Below are positions 32,532-64,000 of a DNA stretch of 64,000 bases, one piece after another. Under the pieces are notes generated by a model, which saw nothing but the letters and a program-made list of their open reading frames with translations, was not told the DNA's origin and did not search any database. This DNA is from Asterias rubens. Its lineage: Eukaryota. The position numbers and the translations under genes were made by a program. How positions within the stretch are numbered: the stretch's first letter is position 1; every line of letters starts with the position of its first letter. Where the stretch lies: positions 6,696,001-6,760,000 of the forward strand of contig NC_047066.1 of the NCBI RefSeq assembly GCF_902459465.1. The letters run 5' to 3'.

Positions 32532-33971
32532 ATACTAGTAGAACGAGGTTTAACATACATTACTTGTGCCTTGCCAATTAGTGCTTTTCGATATCTTCCA
32601 AGAAAATACTTATGGGTTCAGAAACTAAAGACGCTGGGTGGCCCTCATATACATAGAAAGTAAATTCTGCTACGGCAAAGAATTCAGGCAATGGAATTTC
32701 CGTCGTAATTCAAGCAATGGGTACTCAAGTGGGGGGTGCTCAGCACCAGTAATACTGCAACCACGCATCATCATTATTATTTCTCACATAATTATTTCAA
32801 CTGAAATTGCCAAAAAAATTATTATTCGGCAGTAAATTTGGACTGATTTCAGGTTTAAATTTTGATCATTAGATGTGCAGATAAAAACACAAACTCTTTT
32901 TAATTCGGGAATAATAAATTAAAGGCTCAAAACTACATTTAGTTTACTCTACAACTTGACGTGCAAAAAACAATTCCCCAAAACTTAGCACCATCTTTGG
33001 CAAACGAAAAAAACTGTACAAAACTTCCAATCACGCTTTCCTCTCCCCCCCCCCCAAAAAAAAGACAATTGACTCTTCTGTAAGCACAAAGCAAGGGAGA
33101 CTCCACTTTAGAACTGGGGGTGTTACAAAGACACCATTAATGTAAAATAAATCCCCTCCAAAGAGCCAACTGCCGTTAAAAAAAAAAAAAACACTGGCAG
33201 ATTACACAAATACCCTTAACTTGCATACTACAAAATATCTACCACCTTTTGAAAAAATGTTCTTAACTATACACTATTTGTTGGGATTATTATTATTTAT
33301 ACAACTCAAGCAACTGGGTCCAATTTCCATAGAGATGATACAAATTGCTAAGCAGATTCACACCATGCTTAGCGTTAACAGAATACCAGCTAGAATCTTA
33401 TGCAATGCATATCTATTGTGACTGGTTTCCTGCTACCCCTTGGTTTCATAACCCCCAAAGGAGCTTAAAATACAGGTTTTCGATTGGCTGGATTTCCATA
33501 AATCTAATGCAGCTAAGGATCAATGCTTTTACTTGACAACACTCACAGCTTTCAGTGTTGAGTTAATTGATCGATTCTGACGGATGCCAGACAGCTGTAC
33601 ACTAAACCAATCAAGAGTTACGAGCAACATCAATCTCTGCCTAAACACCCCTATAACAAACTGGACCCATTTGTTGGTGTACTTATGTTTTAAAATTGCA
33701 GCATTGGATATGACGGGTGACGTAATGCATCACGAGTAACGCATCACAAGTAACAGGAATCACACAGTATTGCTCGTTACCGTCACACTCATCATCGTAA
33801 TAAATAGGTTTAGGCTATGCATAGGGCTGGCTCCACTGAGCCTCACCGCACCTCTGAGGTCCTCCAAGGACCAAGGGTAGGGTGGAAGGAGGGTCACAGA
33901 GGGAGTAGCAGAGGGGGGTATGGGCCCATTGCTCACCACACCCAATGGTTACCCATTTGTGACTGGTTTAG

Positions 33972-57480
<23,509 letters not shown>

Positions 57481-60400
57481 CTACAGAGGGTGGAGAAAAG
57501 AAAAACGACAAGAAAATTGAGAAATGGCCGACTGCATCTTTCTCCAGTTTATTTAGAGAGCAAACCACAAGCTAAGAATCAAGATATTGGCGAGACACAT
57601 TGTAGGCAATGATCCAACAACGTGCCCCCCCCCCCCAATCTTCTGATTTATAATTAGAGTTGATTTATGGAAGGGTTTGGGGTAATCCGTCAAACCTGTG
57701 TACTTTAACGAGTTTGGCTGGTGTTTGATGTTTTTTTCTTAACGCATAATACAAAACAATTTTCTTGCAAAATTTACACTGTTGATGACTATATCAGCTA
57801 GAAACAGTGGATTTGGAAACCTTAGTTTACGTAATTTGGTGCCAAACAAAAGTCAGGAAACAATTTTGTTGTCGAGCAATTTTGCACAGCAACCTATTTT
57901 AACTGAATATTTTGTTGTACACCCTGAATGCTAATATTGAGTAGGAATTGATGATTCTTGAGAACAGCAACTGGTAAGTTTTTGTAGCACTCTGCTTGCA
58001 TGGCTATGAAAGGAAATCGTTCACTGCATGCCATCAGAGAAATAAGATTGATGACTTTTGTCTGTAATTTCTGTTCAGAAACAACTTTATTATAAAAACA
58101 TAAAAAGACACTACACAGATTTCCAGGCTGAAACACTGTGCCTGGCTGCACTGCCATTTGTTGACTGCATAATGAAGCTCTGTATAAGATTAAGGATATA
58201 AACTTTCCCTGGATTGTACGATGGCCTTTAGTACTTGCTGCGCAGGAACGTCAAGCCAAACATGAGTAACAGGACGAAACTACTGCCGTCGGTCGGTACA
58301 AGTGTTATTTTTCTGGGCATACATGATTATTTGATTTGATGCAGGAGGAAACATTACATAAATCATACATAAGTGTTGGCACTGCTGGGAGAAAAGTTTA
58401 CGCTGTCGGAGTTCTTGGTCTTGTCCCAGCAAGGGAAATGTCATCTACTGCATATCATCACCGATTTGTTTATGGAGAGTATTGTTTGATTTTGCCTTTT
58501 GTTTCCCTCCAAAGAAACGTTTGTTCAATTTTTTATATTCTTTCACTTCTTATTCTTAACTCCTGTTTGCACTACAAGTACATTAGTTGATAAACTACTT
58601 GTGTAAACCCTTTGTAAACATGTACAAAATAACTTCCAGACGAAGTATAGGTCTACAACTAGTACTTGTATTACCAGAGAAGTCACGTGTTCCATGACAC
58701 TGACATTCACCGAACAGAAAAGGTCTAGTCTGGATATTAATTTGCCGATTTTGATAATTTCTGAACAACACATTCACTCTGCAGAACCATATTCCGAGTC
58801 AAGTTATAATAATGTAAAACTGTGATTTCTATTTACGCCATGTGAGATTGCTTGCAGCATCGAGGGGGATTTACTTTGGATGCTCAATTATACACTGAAT
58901 TATAACGCCACCGCTCCAGAGATCACTTGCCGTCGAAATGAGATACGCACGGCGCACCTGTTAAATCCTCCAGGTGCATTGTTTTACAATACTCAATCCC
59001 CATTAGCGACTTTAGTGTAAGAGACCCAACCATCTCATGGATGGGAACGTCATCTTGGCCAGAGGGTGTTCGCTCAACGGACTGGGGATGAGGGGGAGAG
59101 TAAAGACGAACCGAGGCCAACGTGCTCTCATGTACTGAAGACGTGGAGACTGACGCCCACTTGGTGACATTTTTAGTGGAATGGTAAGCTACTCTGAACT
59201 TATCATTGGAGGTGGGGGGGGGGGGGGGTTTGGGTGAATGCTAGTGTTAGCATTCCAGTGAGAAAAGAAGTTCTAAGAGAAGTGTGCACTTTGGGAAAAT
59301 GTTTTTAAGGCTATTATTCTGATGTTTTCATCGACAAAGGGCGAATACCAAAAGTACATTCAAATGATGTAACTCTTGCATCATGAATAGTATAATCATT
59401 TTTGCCATTTACCAAGTTTGGCTTACACTTATCATGATTTTGACATGTCTTTTTAAGGGCAAACTATGAATAGTGTGAAATTGCATCACACAAGCTGCTT
59501 GAAATTGATGAATGGTGCTTTTAAGGAGAATGGTGGAAGAATAGGTGGATCTTGTTCATGCCGGAATCCATTGTTTATGAGTTTGAAATTAATCATTATG
59601 CCCGTCACATTCCATGCTCAACACAACAATGATCAACTGTAAATCCGACGAGCGAATTAAAGGTACAGCTCCAGGGGATAAGTTTCAGCAAAATATCCAC
59701 ACTGCACGTGTTTTGAATGCACAACATGATGAATTTTGAGCAGCAATTTCTAGGCTGTACAAAGGAAAATCATTCACTGCGGTCAACTATGGCTTGAAAA
59801 CACATAAACTGGTCGAAACTTAGTGCTGACTTAAACTCCTAAGTTGCCTTCACATGATGATTTCGCAAATCTATCTCCCTAACTTTTGCTTGTGGAAGAT
59901 TTTGTCCGGATCTTTAAAAAAAAATTGAGAATATTTCATACATCGTTGTCCTTGCACACAAAGTGCAATTTGTAAAGTTTCACAATCATGCTAAAATAAA
60001 GCAAGGGATCCTTGCTAAATTAAATTGCTGTCATGTAAATAGTGTTGAGCCAAAGGCAGTGACAATTTGGTAGTATATCAAATTGGATTGTGATGCTAAA
60101 ATTACAACAGTATTTTAATTTGCCGTCGTTGAACTGAGGAAATTTTGTCAGGAGTTACTCCAAGCTGCTGTATCAAAGTGACAGCAAACGACTGGACAGA
60201 AAAAGCAAATACGAAGGCAAAGAATGATGACCTGTTTTTTTTTTTTTTTAATACCCAAACAAACCTAAACTTAAGTGTAGACACACACACAGGTTCAGTG
60301 TATCAATCAATAAAGTGTTCCCAGACACATGTCCACACAAAATGGTCCAGTATTCCTATAATATCAGCTGACATGTTTTGAAATATTCTAGATTCCAACG

Positions 60401-61105
60401 AATTAAAACGTTTCATCTTCATCATAGTACTACAATGCCGTACGCAGAGGGTCTGAGGTAAATTTGTGCTGAGACCATACACCGATGGATGGCGTCCATG
60501 ATGTGTACATCAAACACCACAGTCTAATCAACCAACATGGCTTCGACCTGCCTGGCCTAGACGTGACCCTAAAAGCTGGGTCGAGGGTAGATGCGTTCAT
60601 TCATATTGTTCATAGAAGCATCCACCGCAAGATGACCCGGAATTAGATAGTGCTTCTCTGGTCCTTACGACATGGAACACAGTCCGAGCTAATTACGGAC
60701 CAATATAGCTGAGTCAATGTTTGATTATCACCAAGCCTTGAGATGGAACTGTACTAGTCTGGTGCTATTGGGCTTCGTCGGTGCTTCATAAACGCAGATA
60801 TCGAATTGTAATGATTAATCAGAGAAGTGGAGGACTGACTGAGTGGGGCGAAAATACTACACAAACATTTAATTATTTATTGTACCGGTACTGGTAAGGA
60901 TTGGTTATCAATTACACTCAACTTGGATACAATTGGTTGGTGGTTTTTTTATGGAATACAGATTCATACGACTGGTGAACTTTGAATGGCCTAGATGTTT
61001 GGGGAACTGGTTCAATTAAAATTAAATGACTGTACCACATGTGTGGCCATGCTATGTACATGTATGTAAGATTCATCTTTATTTTGAACAAGCGGCAACA
61101 GTTAA

Positions 61106-61482
61106 AGGCAGTGGACACTATTGGTAATTGTCAAAGATTAGCCTTCACAGTTGGGTATCTCAACATATGCATAAAATAACAAACCTGTGAAAATTTGAGC
61201 TCAATCGGTCATCGAACTTGCGAGATAATAATAAAAGAAAAAACACCCATGTCACACGAAGTTGTGTGCGTTTAGATGGTTGATTTCGAGACCTCAAGTT
61301 CTAAATCTGAGGTCTCGAAATCAAATTCAGGGAAATCTACTTCTTTCTCGAAAACTACGTCACTTCAGAGGGAGCCGTTTCTCACAATTTTGTATACCAT
61401 CAACCTCTCCCCATTACTCGTCACCAAGAAAGGTTTTATGCTAAAAATTATTTTGAGTAATTACCAATAGTGTCCACTGCCT
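61106..61482 (+). mobile_element. TTAA-MITE, main family, intact
   Basis: Perfect TIRs and TTAA TSD; nearly identical to 31527-31902. Confidence 0.93.
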
Positions 61483-64000
61483 TTAATGCGAAGTCTTCTT
61501 TTATTTGGAATCTTAGTTACTTTTATGCAACCTTGTTTTTTAAGGGGAAAACATGAAAACTTATGCTCTAAATTAATTTTTTTTCTTTGTACAGGAAATT
61601 TCGTTTTATGTAAGAAGTGAAATATTTGTTCACAATTCACATACAATTAGTTTTCAGGTTTCTGCGACTATGGCTTCTCGCTTGGCGGCTGAACACTGAA
61701 CATTGAACTTCCATTCAATGGAAGTGCCCTTTGCATGAAAGAAATGGCCTTGCCCTCTCAAAAGATAAAATTCTACACACCAGTGCACATTTTGTTCCTA
61801 GATAACAACTGATAATTAAAAAAAAATTGTGCTCACTAAGCACAGTGTGTATTATGTGCAACACATAGGAGATAATTACAGTTCACCATTCACCAAGGTC
61901 TTCCATGGTTGCACTGTATCCATTCATAGAAGAGCAATTACACTACTGACCCCTTTTACACCATACAGAAGATCCTGAACCTCTGTCCAGTCTTTAAAAG
62001 CCTGATCCTGTACCCTTAATCTAGGTGTGAAGCCACACAGCACAACAAAAAACTGCCTGGGAAATTTTCCTCACACCTGGGCCCCGGCAAACACTGTGTA
62101 TACGTGCAAGTCTTGCCCAAAGTGGCTAAGTTCAATATTTACGCTATTGGGTCCCCAGCATTGGTGAACAATGCCCCCATCAGTCATGCTGGGCTTATTC
62201 TCAAAGGCTTGGGACTAAACAACAAAAAGTTAATTCTTAGGCTCTTTTTGGAGGCTCCCACTTTGCTCTGGTGCTGGCTCGGCGTCCTTTTCATGTTAAT
62301 TACAGATTAGGACTAAATGTTGTTAGACTTAGAATGGACTTGCATACACCATAGTTATCTATGGATACACTGAACAATGTATGGTTTGTAAGTTTTGTGC
62401 CTGGTCTTAAAAAACCTTTCCAATACATGATGCATTGTGTTATCATGGTAAAAGGAAATAAACCACACTTCAAATCAATAGGTTTTTTGGTGTCCTTCAT
62501 GTACTTTACATTCACAGTTTCAGTCACAATTTAGCATTTAAGTTACACCACCACAGGTAATGTTGGTTGGTCGTTAGATGTTTGCAATCAGCATTTTCCT
62601 TTGTTTCCATTAGAATCAATTCTGGTTCGGATCAATTCACACACCTTTACTTTTAGATTAGTGTTTTTTCCCTGCTGCCTAAAAAGTGGGTTCAGTAAAG
62701 TCTATCAAACAGGCATTATTTGGTCTTGGGGAAAAAAGTGAACACTTTATGGAGTGCAGTGCAAGGGCTGACCAACAGAGGTGTAGGCCTTAGACTTTTC
62801 ACTTCAGGCCTTAATAACGAGAATTTTTTCTTATTTTTCCAAGAGTAAAAAAAAATGGAAAAAAGACTAACGTGGGAGGAATATCAAGCCTGGTCTATTG
62901 ACTGACATCCTGACGTCATCACCAGTGCCAACTCTTTATGCCATTTTGGTTAAATGCCATTTTGAGAGTCGCATTCCACGTGTGTTTACTGTGCAGTGCT
63001 CACGTAAGACACATGGTCTTTACATGCAAAATGGCACACCATGGACAGACAGTAGCCTACTAGTTTGACGTCAGTGCACGGTGTCCATGCATAAAAACAA
63101 ACAAAAAACCCAATAGAATCAGGTACTGCAACATCAAAATGTCAGATTGTTATGTTTTATGCCCAAAAGGGAACTCTTTGTGCTTGCCTCATGGCCTACC
63201 GGAACACCAGGCTGTTGAGCTCTTTGGCAAACGTGACAGGCAAGAGTCACATAATTGTTACTTGATGCAGTTTGTACATTGAGCTTCTTGTGGTTTAAAA
63301 AAAAAAAAGCATTTTAACACTAACACATGCCTCACAAGCTTTTCTTGTGCACTGTCTGGCCTGACTAATACTAAGGTAATTGGTGTGATAAGGTTACATA
63401 ACTTGGCACTTCAACCAAAATGCACTGCTTAACACCAGACCACTACCAGCAGGCATCACGCCTTTGTTCCGAACAAACACTGACTGCTGACTGAGTGTAA
63501 AAGTATAATAGTACACTTAATACAACCAGATACAACCATCCATATAGTCCTACATGTTCGAAGAAAAAAAGAAAACAAGAAAAGAAACATGCAGATTTAA
63601 CCCATGATGGAAAATTATCCTTCCAGACACATTTAAATCAATAGTGTGGGCCTAATCAATATCAGTCAATACTCTAATAAAGTTCTCTCATGCGTCCCAT
63701 GCTTTGATTCTAATGTTAATGGTTTGAAAAGCAAATTTGGCTAGCTCTACAAAAGTCAAAGTAGAAACAAACAGCCCCTAAAAAAAATTGTTTTCAATCC
63801 CAACCTACAGATATCCTGTTTTCTTGAAGATCAGGACGTGTAAACACGTTCAAAATAACATGATTTCTGAGAAACTTTATTTCCTTGCTTTCAATGTGTT
63901 CCTTTTGTACCACCATGGTCTTCATAAAGTTGGGGTTTTTCTAAAATATATCATCATACACCATGCTCGTACCTAAATGAAAGTAAAAATGACAGTGTAA

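Overview
AT-rich, intron-containing animal genomic DNA. It is probably an invertebrate deuterostome such as an echinoderm, which is an inference from composition and repeat style only. I reconstructed four spliced genes by hand from GT-AG boundaries, with reading phase consistent across every junction. (1) The 3' part of STYXL1/MK-STYX, a rhodanese plus pseudo-DUSP gene (+, 1-5011). (2) Complete ALKBH4 (-, 11936-6553, about 302 aa). (3) LRWD1/ORCA, head-to-head with ALKBH4 (+, 13495-23041, about 1088 aa, far longer than the roughly 650 aa vertebrate protein). (4) The last 10 coding exons of Nemo-like kinase NLK (-, 57480-33972; the 5' exon is outside the window). Introns and spacers are dense with non-autonomous elements: about 17 copies of a TTAA-flanked, AG...CT-ended (Kolobok-like) MITE family, a foldback MITE, an internally deleted hAT element with a BED-finger ORF, tRNA-derived SINEs and several minisatellites. 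I found no CRISPR array, rRNA, true tRNA or prokaryote-type system, and I cannot support a wholly new multi-gene system. The best leads are the extended LRWD1 (acidic N-terminal extension plus an AT-hook/CDK-site linker), the ALKBH4-LRWD1 bidirectional pair, a decayed copy of an NLK exon, and the MITE family dynamics. No database searches were run.
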